64,000 bases of DNA from Tubiluchus corallicola (lineage: Eukaryota > Animalia > Priapulida), in NCBI GenBank assembly GCA_030141605.1, contig JAQGDQ010000667.1:1-64000 (forward strand), written 5' to 3'. A program made the translations under genes and the position numbers. The notes below the pieces were generated by a model. That model worked only from the letters and a program-made list of their open reading frames with translations. It did not search any database and was not told where the DNA came from. Of this stretch, positions 1-13,061 are shown piece by piece. The number at the start of each line of letters is the position of its first letter. Position 1 is the first letter of the stretch.

Positions 1-67
1 ACATTTTTTAGGAATGAATTATGGTGGAAAACAGAGGCATGACTGTACTTTATTCTATTCAGTATTC

Positions 68-580
68 AAAACTGCATTCTTCATAGGTGCATCTGGAAAC
101 ATTATTTTTAGAGTATCAAAGTACAAGTTTCACTCATCACAAACCGCATTCTTCATAGGTGCATCTGGAAACATTATTTTTAGCAAATCAAAGTACAAGT
201 TTCACTCATCACAAACTGCATTCTTCATAGGTGCATCTGGAAACATTATTTTTAGCAAATCACAGTACAAGTTTCACTCATCACAAACTGCATTCTTCAT
301 AGGTGCATCTGGAAACATTATTTTTAGCAAATCACAGTACAAGTTTCACTCATCACAAACCACATTCTTCATAGGTGCATCTGGAAACATTATTTTTAGC
401 AAATCAAAGTACAAGTTTCACTCACCACAAACTGCATTCTTCATAGGTGCATCTGGAAACATTATTTTTAGCAAATCACACTACAAGTTTCACTCATCAC
501 AAACTGCATTCTTCATAGGTGCATCTGGAAACATTATTTTTAGCAAATCAAAGTACAAGTTTCACTCATCACAAACTGCT
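68..580. repeat. 72-bp minisatellite, ~7 copies
   Basis: Unit aaactgcattcttcataggtgcatctggaaacattatttttagcaaatcacagtacaagtttcactcatcac; the 24-aa periodicity of ORF 14..613 reflects it. Confidence 0.95.
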
Positions 581-1136
581 GTCTATTTTCTTCTCATTTT
601 GCAAGTAAATTAAGTGGACTGGCCAATTTCAATTGAATAGCCTGCACCTCAGCTTCAACATGGATTACCTCGGGTTAAAAATAACATAAAGCGATGAACT
701 TGGTATGAAAATCATCCTCATGGCATAGAGAATCAGAACATGTGAATAACTGGAAAAGCTTAATTGTCAACTTATGGACGATTTTCCTACGCAAGCACAC
801 ATTTCATAATTGTTAATAGTTATTATTAATAACTACTAGTAATAATAATAAATAATTAATTAATTAACAGCACTTCATTATTAATTTATCGCTGTGGTCG
901 TTCTCACTGCCTTGATCATAGTCGACATCATCAATCGCCATAAGAAATAATAAAAAGAATCCGTATTATTCATATTATTTTATTCGTGAAATCTCTATCT
1001 TCAAATGCTGCTGCTGACGATGATAATGAAGATGGTCCTGATGCTGATGCCACCACACCAATCAAATCATAATTTGTTGCATAATGTTAACACATGAACC
1101 GATTTTCATGGAGAAAAATAAATGAAAACAACTCAC

Positions 1137-1341
1137 CAAATACGAAGTTAAATTTAACCCTCAATCCTTCCCCTTTGTTGTCGGTGATAGCCATAGAAAT
1201 GTTGTACTCCTTAAATAAGATCAAATCATCGAGGACATAATTGAAATTTTCATTTGCATACTGGACATCAAAAGAAGCCTGAAATTCCCAATTTGGCATC
1301 TGCTTGGTAATGTACAGGATGTAACGTTTTATCTGTGGAGG
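1137..1341 (-). CDS. WSC/FN3 gene coding exon 9: C-terminal half of a fibronectin type III domain
   Basis: Acceptor ttttgtatttctag, donor g|gtgagt; phase 0 to 1, 205 nt. Reads PPQIKRYILYITKQ...NYVLDDLILFKEYNISMAITDNKGEG (FN3 L..L....Y.I......GEG pattern). In phase with exon 2827-2909. Confidence 0.85.
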
Positions 1342-1454
1342 CTAGAAATACAAAACCTTTCATTATTAATGTAGTAAGAGACAAAATGCTATAGTGATGG
1401 TTCAGATCAGGAGGTGGGTCACAGGTTTTGCATAGTGTGTGTCTAAACGCTGTT

Positions 1455-1745
<291 letters not shown>

Positions 1746-2197
1746 TTTTACACATCAAGGTAATTATTAAGTTTTAACATGTTTGAGTAACAATTGTGAA
1801 ATGTATGTGCCAAAAGTACAATGTAGATCTTAGACTGATGATATCTAAGGCAAAACAGGTAAGATGACACATTTTTAAAGAGGAATGCAAGTTGACTGAA
1901 AATGAAATATGAAAAGTATCTTTGACCGTTAAAATGGTAAACACGATAGAGTAAACAAGGGAATCTCTTTTTATAACATTAAAGTACTAAATGAAATTTC
2001 ACCATTAATTATGGAGAACTAAAATATGCAAATAATTTTATGGGGTTATTGAGTAAAAATGTGAAAGTTAATATTGTCATTTTTTACTTCTTTAGTGTAT
2101 GTGATTTTTCGTTGTGCATTTTTCAGTGCATTTTTTTGCTAAATATGTAACTATTGTAGATATTACTAATATATGTTAATATGTGTACGTACATTAA

Positions 2198-2653
2198 CCC
2201 TTTCAGTCCCAAATTATTTTTAATAAGAAAATTTTTTTTGGTTTGGTACTTTTGTTCAGTATGTCCATCTTGTTTACATAATAATTATTTTTTTCTACCT
2301 GTGCCCGCGTGCTAAATATAGCCTGTATCCCACGGGATACATTGGGATTCAATGGAAGCATAAAATGTGCTTCATTTTGCAACTGCTGATAATTTTTTAA
2401 AGTATTTAAGACATTTAGTATGCATGCTATGCTGATCTGTACAAAGTCGTCTCTAAAGTACTGTACCTTGCGCAGTTTTTTATGCTATGTAGATTTTCTA
2501 GTTTGCCATTTTATCACCATTTTTAGTCTATTGTTATTGGCTTAAATCAAAATAACTATTAACAGATCAAATAACTGTCAGTTTTAAAATTTTATTAATT
2601 TTAAAGGCAGAAAATATTCTCGTATCCCACGGGATACAACGGGTATGAAAGGG
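2198..2653. mobile_element. piggyBac-like MITE
   Basis: TTAA on both sides (2194-2197, 2654-2657); imperfect 13-bp TIRs ccctttcagtccc / gggtatgaaaggg; two internal copies of the near-palindrome gtatcccacgggatac. Confidence 0.75.
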
Positions 2654-2826
2654 TTAATATGTTTGGTGCATTTGTGTTTATTTTTAATATACATTTATCA
2701 AATAATAAAAATAACTCTAGCCTCCAATACGATAATCAGCATTATACAGCATTCTTGACAACATCACACTCAAATAAACCTCCCTATAGGGTTACATTGC
2801 AATTGAGTAGTTAAATATATTCATAC

Positions 2827-2909
2827 CACCAGCGCACCATTGGTCCACTTGAGGGCGACACTTTTCTCGTCGAGATGTTCCACCTTCAAGTCAGTCATGT
2901 AAGGAGACA
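2827..2909 (-). CDS. WSC/FN3 gene coding exon 8: N-terminal half of the FN3 domain
   Basis: Acceptor tgtattttcag, donor gtg|gtatga; phase 1 to 0, 83 nt. Reads (V)SPYMTDLKVEHLDEKSVALKWTNGALV, the FN3 A-B strand pattern P...L.V......S..L.W. Not in the ORF track. Confidence 0.85.
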
Positions 2910-2940
2910 CTGAAAATACAATGGAAATTAATAAAAGAAA

Positions 2941-3668
2941 CTAGCAAAGGCCTCGCAAAAAATTTTGCGCACAAATACACGTATAATCAAAAATACGCGA
3001 ACATCCTACATAGGCCTCGTTTGTTTACCTAACACAAAGCCAACAGCGGCAGCTTTTACTGAATTAAAGCTATAAGGTTATAGGCAGAGTATAATGGATG
3101 ACGTCAGAACAATGCCTTTGCGTCAGCAGTTTTCCAAGAGAAAATTTCCAAAAATAGAACATCAAATTAACTCGTCATCACTCCTTTTGGTGGACGATTA
3201 CTAAAATATAGCCCAATCATCGTGTAGCCCTGTTCTTCCTCTTTCTAAAGAGCCGTTTATCTACTTCCGAAAGTCCCACCAGGCGCCGCTAGAACGTTTT
3301 TTCTGCAGGCTGTTTTCTGCAGACAATTTCGAAAAAATCGCGAGTTGGGTCCGGAAAAACACCCGTTGCGGGACGCCATGGCCCTCTCGCAAATTCTCGC
3401 ATACCCAGCACCACCCTCGGCCCGTTCCCGTTCTCTACATCTCAGCCGTATAACTTTTGCAGAAAACGGCCGAAAAATGGCCATTTTTGGAGGTTTTTCG
3501 CCCCTGTTCGTCCTGGTGGGCCCGATTCGAAAAACAAACCCCCAATGGCACGACACTAGATCGAGACCTTTCGTTTGATGTATAGATCGCTGCAAATGGT
3601 GCCGTCGTCGGAGCTGTAGCCTCGAACCTTATATATAAATATATATACCAAGAATATTAATATAAGAG
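2941..3668 (-). mobile_element. Non-autonomous Helitron-like element, copy A
   Basis: On the minus strand it ends ...gcgcaaaattttttgcgaggcctttgCTAG|T (hairpin just upstream of CTAG) and begins ctcttatattaatattcttgg plus a TA-rich run. Homologous to 3670-4518. Confidence 0.7.
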
Positions 3669-3669
3669 A

Positions 3670-4518
3670 CTAGCAAAGGCCCCGCAAAATATTTTGCGTA
3701 AAAAACCACGTATAATCAATAACACGCGAACATTCTACCTAGTCCTCATTTATAACACAAAGCCCGTAACAACTACCCTACTGTTTGTTTATCTAACGCA
3801 AAGCCAGCAGTGTTTACTCCTGCCTACTGTATGTTTAACGTTAAATAAAGCAGCATTTTGCTGAATTAAAGTTATAGACAAGGTACAATGGATGACGTCA
3901 CCACAATGGAATGCGTCAGCAGTTTTCTAAGCGAAAATATTCGAAATTTGCGGAAAATAGAACGTGTAATTAACTCATTGATACTCCTCTCGGTGGACCT
4001 GCCCTAAAATATAGCCCACATCATCGTGTAGCTCTGTCCTTCCTCTTTCTGATGAGCCGTATATCTCATTCCGAGAGACCCACCGGGCGCCGCTAGAACG
4101 TTTTTCCCGCATGCTGTTCGGTCAAAATTTCGAAAAAATCGCGAGTTGGGTCCGGGAAAACGCCCGTTGCGGGGCGCCGTGGCCCTCTCGCGAATTCTAA
4201 ATATGCCTACTACACCCACCGCTGAACGGGCTATCTATCCGTACCCAGAACCCCCCTCGGCCCATTCCCGTTCTCTACATCTCAGCCGTATAACTTTTGC
4301 AAAAAACGGCCGAAAAATGGCCATTTTTGGAGGTTTTTCGCCTCCCGTTCCTCCCGGTGGGCCCGATTCAAAAAATAAACCATCAATGAGACGACACTAG
4401 ATGGAGACCTTTCGTTTGATATATACATCGCCGCAAATGGTGCCCTCGTCCGGGCTGTAGCCTCGAATCTATATATATATATAAATATATTAAGATACCA
4501 AGAATATTAATATAAGAG
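3670..4518 (-). mobile_element. Non-autonomous Helitron-like element, copy B, head-to-tail with copy A
   Basis: Same termini (hairpin cgcaaaatattttgcg + CTAG; 5' ctcttatattaatattctt); shared internal blocks such as ttctctacatctcagccgtataacttttgc. Confidence 0.7.
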
Positions 4519-4656
4519 TATAGATACATAAAAAGATCAACTCTCCTCTCAAGCAATGATTATTTTGCAAAATTACATGCAAGCAGCTGCATGAGAGCTT
4601 ACAGTATGGTTAAATGTTGCTTCTTGATCTTCAATGGGCTACAAAACGACGTGGGT

Positions 4657-4908
4657 TATATTTTAGGAAAAGTCCACCAAGAGGAGTTAATTAGATGTTC
4701 TATTTTCAGCAATTTTCGCATAGAAAACTGCTGACGCAAAGCCATTGTTGTGACGTCATCCATTATACTCTGTCTGTAACCTTATGGCTTTAACTCACTA
4801 AAGTTGCAGCTGCTGGCATGGCGTTATAAATGAGGCTATGTAGGACGTTCTCGTATTTTTGATTATCAGTGCATTTACAAGTAACATTTTTTGTGGAGTC
4901 TTTGCTAG
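4657..4908 (+). mobile_element. Partial inverted copy (3' part) of the same Helitron-like family
   Basis: Reverse-complement similarity to 2941-3200 (aaaactgctgacgcaaag...tgacgtcatccattatactctg...), ending tttgCTAG at 4905-4908. Confidence 0.65.
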
Positions 4909-5334
4909 ACGTATATATTAATTTCGCTGGTATGCGCTTAATATATATATATATATATATAAGATTCGAGGCAGCAGCTGGTTTTGCTGGGAATCAAAGC
5001 AAAGTATACCCAGGACCCGACATAAACAATTTCGATCCGTACTTTCCGGACGGATGAAGCTCTTCCCAGTCTTCCCGTACTTTCCAGTCTACTCACGAAC
5101 ATTGGGTATTTGCACACTGCCACAGCACTTTAATTAGTAATGAAAAATGACAGCAATTTATAAGATTGCGCCAGACCCAGGCTTGACTAGATCAGAGCGA
5201 GTAGGTTTACCAGGTCAGTCTGGATCGAATCTGGATCCAAAACAAGAGTCTAACTTGACTGCAATAATAAAACGTGGCATATCTTGCACAATGTGCCAAC
5301 GTTTTTAATACAATAAATATATAGTACGTACGTA

Positions 5335-5815
5335 TAGTGTAGTGTAGTGTAGTGCAGTGCAGTGCAGTGCAGTGCAGTGCAGTGCAGTGCAGTGCAGTGC
5401 AGTGCAGTGCAGTGCAGTGCAGTGCAGTGCAGTGCAGTGCAGTGCAGTGCAGTGCAGTGCAGTGCAGTGCAGTGTAGTGTAGTGTAGTGTAGTGTAGTGT
5501 AGTGTAGTGTAGTGTAGTGTAGTGTAGTGTAGTGTAGTGCAGTGTAGTGTAGTGCAGTGTAGTACAGTACAGTACAGTACAGTACAGTACAGTACAGTAC
5601 AGTACAGTACAGTACAGTACAGTACAGTACAGTACAGTACAGTACAGTACAGTACAGTACAGTACAGTACAGTACAGTACAGTACAGTAAAGTACAGTAC
5701 AGTACAGTACAGTACAGTACAGTACAGTACAGTACAGTACAGTACAGTACAGTACAGTACAGTACAGTACAGTACAGTACAGTACAGTACAGTACAGTAC
5801 AGTATAGTATAGTAT
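5335..5815. repeat. Compound pentanucleotide microsatellite (AGTGT/AGTGC/AGTAC/AGTAT)n
   Basis: Direct 5-bp periodicity with blocks of variant units. Confidence 0.97.
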
Positions 5816-6022
5816 AATACATTAAGCTCATATAGTACGCTGCTTGATGGAACTTTACAATTTTGGAAAATTTAAGCAAAAACTGCAACATTGTTTCAAG
5901 GAAACTATCCCTTTTTTCCAAGAGAACTGCCAATCATAGAATTGAAAAAGAACTCAAGTTGCTACATTTGCCGTGCTAAACTTGGTCACAGATACAATTG
6001 TTATTTAACAAAAAATGAGTAC

Positions 6023-6202
6023 CGTTGTTGGTTTGATAAACGGTGTAAAATTCCCGTCCTCCACAATAACCGAAGTTTTTCTGGCTGATAAAAGTACCGC
6101 CGCAGATGGTGTCGCACGACTTAGCATCCTCATCGTGTTCAAACACGTCATCCATGCTGCAGACACACTGGTTGTACTTCGCCAGGACCGCAAACATGTA
6201 CC
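6023..6202 (-). CDS. WSC/FN3 gene coding exon 7: second half of WSC domain 5
   Basis: Acceptor ttttatttag, donor g|gtactc; phase 1 to 1, 180 nt. Reads GYMFAVLAKYNQCVCS...CDTICGG...YCGGREFYTVYQT (WSC CxC, C...C.G, CGG..VY). Confidence 0.88.
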
Positions 6203-6429
6203 CTAAATAAAATGTAATCGTACGTTGAAATGATGTGAATGTAATGTAAGTTCAGAGTAATTTTGCCATTTGTGCAGAGAAAAGTGAACAGGATTCCATG
6301 ATTGTCAACCTGTAATGTACCTATTAAGCAGATAAACCTAGACAAAGTTCATAAGGGTTAAGGAGTTAGGAGAAAAAATCATTAAAAATGAATGCATGCT
6401 TCTGTCACACACATAATACATCTTCAGCT

Positions 6430-7540
6430 GCCATAAACCGGTAGCCATGATCAATGGTAGGTTCCTCACAAGTCGTAAAACGGTAGCCATGATCAATGGT
6501 AGGTTCCTCACAAGCCGTAAACCGGTAGCCATGATCAATGGCAGCTCCTCACAAGCCATAAACCGGTAGCCATGATCAACAGTAGGTTCCTCACAAGCCA
6601 TAAACCGGTAGCCATGATCAACGGTAGGTTCCTCACAAGTCGTAAAACGGTAGCCATGATAAATAGTAGGCTCCTCACAAGCCGTAAACCGGTAGCCATG
6701 ATCAACAGTAGGCTCCTTACAAGCCATAAACCGGTAGCCATAATCAATGGTAAGCTCCTCACAAGCCATAAATTAGTAGCCATGATAAATGGTAGGCTCC
6801 TCACAAGCTGTAATCAACGGTAGACTCCTCACAAGCCGTAACTGGTAGCCATGATCAACAGTAGGCTCCTTACAAGCCATAAACAGGTAGCCATAATCAA
6901 TAGTAGCTCCTCATAAGCCGTAAACCAGTAGCCATGATCAACGGTAGGTTCCTCACAAGCCGTAAACAGGTAATCAACGGCAGGCTCCTCACAAGCCATA
7001 AACGGGTAGCCAAAATCAATGGTAGACTCCTCACAAGCCGTAAACCGGTAGCCATGATCAACGGTAGGCTCCTCACAAGCCATAAACAGGTAGCCATAAT
7101 CAATGGTACGCTCCTCACAAGCCATAAACAGGTAGCCATGATCAATGGTAAGCTCCTCACAAGTCGTAAACCGGTAGCCATAATCAATGGTAGCTCCTCA
7201 CAAGCCGTAAACCGGTAGCCATGATAAACAGTGGGTTCCTCACAAGCCGTAAACCGGTAGCCATAATCACTGGTAGGCTCCTCACAAGCCGTAAACTGAT
7301 AGCCATAATTCGCAGTAGGCTCCTTACAAGCTGTAAACAGGTAGCCATAATCAACGGTAGGCTCCTCACAAGCTGTAAACCGGTAGCCAAAATCCGTGGC
7401 AGGCTCCTCACAAGCCGTAAACCGGCAGCCATAATTCGTGGTAAGCTCCTCACAAGCCGTAAACCGTTAGCCATAATTTGTGGTAAGTTCCTCACAAGCC
7501 GTAAACCGGTAGCCATAATTCGCGGTAGGCTCCTCACAGT
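6430..7540. repeat. 42-bp minisatellite, ~26 copies
   Basis: Unit cctcacaagccgtaaaccggtagccatgatcaatggtaggct; 14-aa periodic ORFs. Confidence 0.95.
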
Positions 7541-8691
7541 GCACAACAAATTTTGTAATGATAAATAAAAGCAAATAATCAATAATCAATAAATAAATAA
7601 TCAAGCAAAAAAGAAACAAAATCAGGTCATTTCAGCCCACTAATGTGGACTGTTTTTCGAGATGAGAACTTAAAATTCCCACAAGTCCGTTGATTATCTA
7701 CATCTTTGACTTCCTTGTTAATACATAATAAATGAATGTTTGTACTGCAGGCTCTGTGCCGAAAACTCCTTTCTAAAGTCAGCAGATTACTATTTGCTCT
7801 TTACAAATAACTGCATGATGTACATAAAGCCAAGAAAACTTTCAACTTACTAAAGCTTAAAAAATTCTTTTTGAAATTTTATATCACTTACTAGCTGCCT
7901 TTTTATACATTAGACTTGCGTCGGCAATAACGCTGTATAAAACAAGTAAACTCCCAGGATGACCGTTAAACGCAGCCATTTTGACGATAAGTCATTAAAA
8001 ACAAGTTTAGTTAAGATTCTGTAAAGTTTGAAAAAATAATTAGAGGATTCACTTAAATTTAAAACTACAGTATCTTGTCAATGAGATTAAAAATACGTTT
8101 TTGGCTAGTGAGTGGTGCACCCTGGAGGGTCAGTCACCGACATTTTACCAATTTACCATTTTACATTTTACCATTTTAAATAATATGTAACTTTCTTTCC
8201 TAGTTATATAAGTCTTTCAAGCAGGTCGAGGAAATATTAATTAATATAATTTTGCATAGAAAGTTTTTTTGAGACAGAGCCTAACATTTCCTTTTCTTCC
8301 CTCGATTTAAGTTTGCGTACAATGACGTCACGTAATGGCGGCGTCGGAACAGCATCGCGGGAAGTTTAAAATGAAAACAAACAAAAACTCCTTCATAAAA
8401 TAAGCGATTACCACTGTAAGACAGGAAGCTGGAGCAATCTAAATGTCTACTACCATCTAAACTGAAACAAGGCAGCTATAAGCATGAGGTAACTGATATG
8501 AGACTACTACAGCAATGATTACAAGTAACTACAGTTAAACAAGGGCAAATATAGCTTAAACTGATGCCAGTATTGAAGAAAGGCATCTTAAGCATATGGA
8601 GCCGACACACACATTAGATAATGCAATTACCTCGTATTTTGCTTACTACAGTAATGATTACACTTAGCAGGAAGCAACCTAAGCAAGTTAC

Positions 8692-8823
8692 CTTTCTTAT
8701 AACAGTAATGAACGCACATCACTGGAGACATGGCCTGCCGTTGAAGCAAAGTGGAATCGTAAAAGTAATAATTTAATTTAGCAGAAAAACAACCTCTCTT
8801 CCACAAAATCCCAGGAACTGGCG
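8692..8823 (-). CDS. WSC/FN3 gene coding exon 6: first half of WSC domain 5
   Basis: Acceptor tgtatttgcag, donor aaag|gtaact; phase 1 to 1, 132 nt. Reads PVPGILWKRGCFSAK...MSPVMCVHYCYKK and joins in frame to GYMFA. Confidence 0.88.
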
Positions 8824-9004
8824 CTGCAAATACAAATGTCAAGTATAACACATTGCTATTTGTCAACTTGAAAAATTTTTATTAAAATAAAAACAAGTTA
8901 GGAGCTTGAGAGATTGATTTTATGTCAGAAGACATAAGGGGCAAAATCAAAGACAAGGATAAGATTTATTTACAGTTGTTCATTTAAAGACAACACAACG
9001 GCAC

Positions 9005-9755
9005 GGTAAGTTTAGTACTAGTAAGTTTGCTACAGGTAAGTTAGGTACTGGTAATTTTGGTACAGGTAAGTTAGGTACTTGTAATTTTGGTACATGTAAG
9101 TTTAGTACTAGTAAGTTTGCTACAGGTAAGTTAGGTACTGGTAATTTTGGTACAGGTAAGTTAGGTACTTGTAATTTTGGTACAGGTAAGTTTAGTACTA
9201 GTAAGTTTGGTACAGGTAAGTTAGGTACTAGTAAGTTTGGTACAGGTAAGTTAGGTACTTGTAATTTTGGTACAGGTAAGTTAGGTAATGGTAATTTTGG
9301 TACAGGTAAGTTAGGTACTTGTAATTTTGGTACAGGTAAGTTAGGTACTAGTAAGTTTGGTACAGGTAAGTTAGGTACTGGTAATTTTGGTACAGGTAAG
9401 TTTAGTACTAGTAAGTTTGGTACAGGTAAGTCAGGTACTGGTAATTTTGGTACAGGTAAGTTAGGTACTGGTAATTTTGGTACAGGTAAGTCAGGTACTG
9501 ATAATTTTGGTACAGGTAAGTTAGGTACTGGTAATTTTGGTACAGGTAAGTTTAGTACTAGTAATTTTGGTACAGGTAAGTCAGGTACTGGTAATTTTGG
9601 TACAGGTAAGTTAGGTACTGGTAATTTTGGTACAGGTAAGTTAGGTACTGGTAATTTTGGTACAGGTAAGTTAGGTACTGGTAGCTTTGGTACAGGTAAG
9701 TCAGGCACTGGTAATTTTGGTACAGGTAAGTTAGGTACTGGTAATTTTGGTACAG
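9005..9755. repeat. 15/30-bp minisatellite (ggtacaggtaagtta ggtactggtaatttt)
   Basis: Direct repeat; ORF 8980..9786 (PVPKL/PVPNL) is an artefact of it. Confidence 0.95.
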
Positions 9756-11155
9756 ATGACATTGATGACGATGTTGACAGTGACAATGATTATGACAACT
9801 GTAGCAAAGGCAAAAATGACAGTGATTAATACTGCATACAGTGGTTACTGCTGACACCAAACTATGTGGCACATTTATGGGACTTTTGATAAATCCAGTG
9901 ATTCAAATTCATTTCCCATTTTATGCAAAATGCTTTTACAATAATAATAATAATAATATTAATAATAATCTTTTATTTATCTTTTAACACACGCACAGAT
10001 ATAATACAATTAATTTGGTAACAAAAATGTGAAGATAGGGCAGCGAAAGACCAATTGGTCATCTAGTCAGCTGCCCTTTGGTTAGTGAACATTTTTACTA
10101 GGCGCTATGCTACAGTGTGTTAGTGTTAGTACTGCTTATAATAAAAACTAAATTGTTACGAATGAGATTAAATTGATATGCTTATAACGTGTTAGTACAA
10201 TTCATAAACAGTAATAATAAGTGCATAATATAAAAAAAATCAAACTGAAAATAACTGAAATAAGAACTGAAACAAGAGTTACAGAGCTTGTCTATAGTGG
10301 GAACAAATAATACTCACTTTTCAAATTTGGCAAAACTTCCTATCATTTATAACTAGCCCTGTCCCCATAAAATACTAGATGGTATAGTGCAGTGGTTCCA
10401 AAACAGTGGCCCATGACCCCAAGTTTAATTTATTATTAATATTTATTTATTATTATAACTCATTACCCACTTTTCTGTTTAGAAACTAGTACTGCAATTG
10501 TAAAAACCTCTTATTTTCAAACTCCGATACAAGTTCCTGGAAGCTGTCATTTCGCTTCGGGTTTTTCCTGTTGGCAAGCCCAGATCTTCCTTAGGAAGAG
10601 CCATCTAGTGGATTTAAACACAACTTCAATGTGCTCTTGCAAATTCTGTAGCAACATTTGTGCAGTTGCTAAGTGTTTTGCAGAAACACGACAAAAAACA
10701 ATGGTTAACTTTAACAGCGATTTTCTCAAGATTAAGTTGTTCAGTGTGCAGCCTGCGCCTCGACTTTAAAGTGAATTATCTCAGCTTAGAAATAACATAG
10801 ACCAATGAACTTGGTATAAAAATGATCCTCAATGGAGATTCAGATATGTGATTAACTAGATAAGCTTATTTGCCGACTTGTGGACGATTTTGCTATGCAA
10901 GCAAGCGCATGTGTTATGTCTGTGTATTGCGGTGTGATACATATTTGGACAATAACGATTTCGTTCAAAACAAATTCCGATCACAAGCTGCACATTATTA
11001 ACACATGGAGTCGTATTTTTAGTCTTGGAGAATGGTGACTTCAAAATGTCAGAATGCAAAAAATATTATGTCACTGCTGCTGTATGGCTTGCGGTTTCTC
11101 AATTAAAGTCAGACACCTTCATTATCAGCCAATTTCATAAACAAAAAATTCTTAC

Positions 11156-11422
11156 CATCTGTGGAATGCACCACCATGCTGCCGACTCCCCCACACATTT
11201 CGCCAGAAGGACACGGATTATTGCAAGCGACATTAGAAAAGCCGAGACTGCCGTACGTGTTGCCGCATCCACAGTAGTCGCCCTCCCACACACCAGCATA
11301 TGCCCATCCAGCACCCTTACAATTGCGGACACATTCGTTAATAGACAGGACGCCTTGATATGTATTTTCATCCATTTCATCACTACTACCACTCTGTTTC
11401 CAGCAGCCCAAGTTCTTGGCAC
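11156..11422 (-). CDS. WSC/FN3 gene coding exon 5: WSC domain 4
   Basis: Acceptor aatttgatag, donor g|gtaaga; 267 nt, phase 1 to 1. Reads LGCWK...LSINECVRNCKGAGWAYAGVWEGDYCGCGNTYG...CNNPCPSGEMCGG, a canonical WSC. Confidence 0.93.
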
Positions 11423-11589
11423 CTATCAAATTAACACAAAACAGGAAAACTTTTCTTCACAAATATTACACTGAAAACAACTTTCATATTACGAAAGAAC
11501 AAACTAACCTTGGACAAGCACTTTTAACACAAAATAATAAAATGAGCCTATTTGACAGCTAGACATCTCAAAGTTTAACAAGTAACCCT

Positions 11590-12706
11590 TGTTGGATTGA
11601 TTAAGTTCAAACTTTCTTCTAAAACGCCAAGCACTTTGTCAAGTTCAGACTTGTTGGGTTAATTAAGTTCACACTTTCTTCTAACACACCAAGCACTTTG
11701 TCAAGTTCAGACTTGTTGAGTTGATTAAGTTCACACTTTCTTCTAACACACCAAGCACTTTGTCAAGTTCAGACTTGTTGGATTGATTAAGTTCAAACTT
11801 TCTTCTAACACACCAAGCACTTTGTCAAGTTCAGACTTGTTGAGTTGATTAAGTTCACACTTTCTTCTAACACACCAAGCACTTTGTCAAGTTCAGACTT
11901 GTTGAGTTGATTAAGTTCACACTTTCTTCTAAAACACCAAGCACTTTGTCAAGTTCAGACTTGTTCTGTTGATTAAGTTCACACTTTCTTCTAAAACGCC
12001 AAGCACTTTGTCAAGTTCAGACTTGTTGGGTTAATTAAGTTCACACTTTCTTCTAACACACCAAGCACTTTGTCAAGTTCAGACTTGTTGGATTGATTAA
12101 GTTCACACTTTCTTCTAAAACACCAAGCACTTTGTCAAGTTCAGACTTGTTCTGTTGATTAAGTTCACACTTTCTTCTAAAACACCAAGCACTTTGTCAA
12201 GTTCAGACTTGTTAGGTTGATTAAGTTCACACTTTCTTCTAACACACCAAGCACTTTGTCAAGTTCAGACTTGTTGGATTGATTAAGTTCACACTTTCTT
12301 CTAAAACACCAAGCACTTTGTCAAGTTCAGACTTGTTGGATTGATTAAGTTCACACTTTCTTGTAACACACCAAGCACTTTGTCAAGTTCAGACTTGGTG
12401 GGTTGATTAAGTTCACACTATCTTCTAACACACCAAGCACTTTGTCAAGTTCAGTCTTGTTGGGTTGATTAAGTTCACACTTTCTTCTAACACACCAAGC
12501 ACTTTGTCAAGTTCAGACTTGTTGGGCTAATTAAGTTCACACTTTCTTCTAACACACCAAGCACTTTCTCAAGTTCAGACTTGTTGGGTTGATTAAGTTC
12601 ACACTTTCTTCTAACACACCAAGCACTTTGTTAAGTTCAGACTTGTTGGGTTGATTAAGTTCACACTTTCTTCTAACACACCAAGCACTTAGTCAAGTTC
12701 AGACTT
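11590..12706. repeat. 62-bp minisatellite, ~18 copies
   Basis: Unit ttgttgggttgattaagttcacactttcttctaacacaccaagcactttgtcaagttcagac. Confidence 0.95.
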
Positions 12707-13061
12707 GCGCCACTAATACAAACATGCCGAAAAGCTGCAGCATAAAAAAGAACAAGATGATACTAGCTAAACTTGGCACAAAACTAACATTTCTTAGCTA
12801 ATTTAACTTTAGCTGGTACCTAGGGTTCTATCTGACACATTTACGCAATGACAGGCTTACACAACATCTTTGTTCTGAGTTTGCAAGTTAAGTCATTTGA
12901 CGCTACACTTGGCTTCTCTGCACTTTTGCACAGAAGCCAGAGCTGACATGGAAAAAACTATTAATAAGAATGCAAGCTCATCTTCACAAAGTAGCAGGTC
13001 ATAGCGTGTACTTTTATAATAAACATCTAAATTTTGATGTTTGAATCATTTGGTATTTTGC

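Noticed and set aside
7749-8281. Possible MITE with aggctctgt...acagagcct inverted ends
   Set aside because: Short imperfect TIR and no matching TSD.
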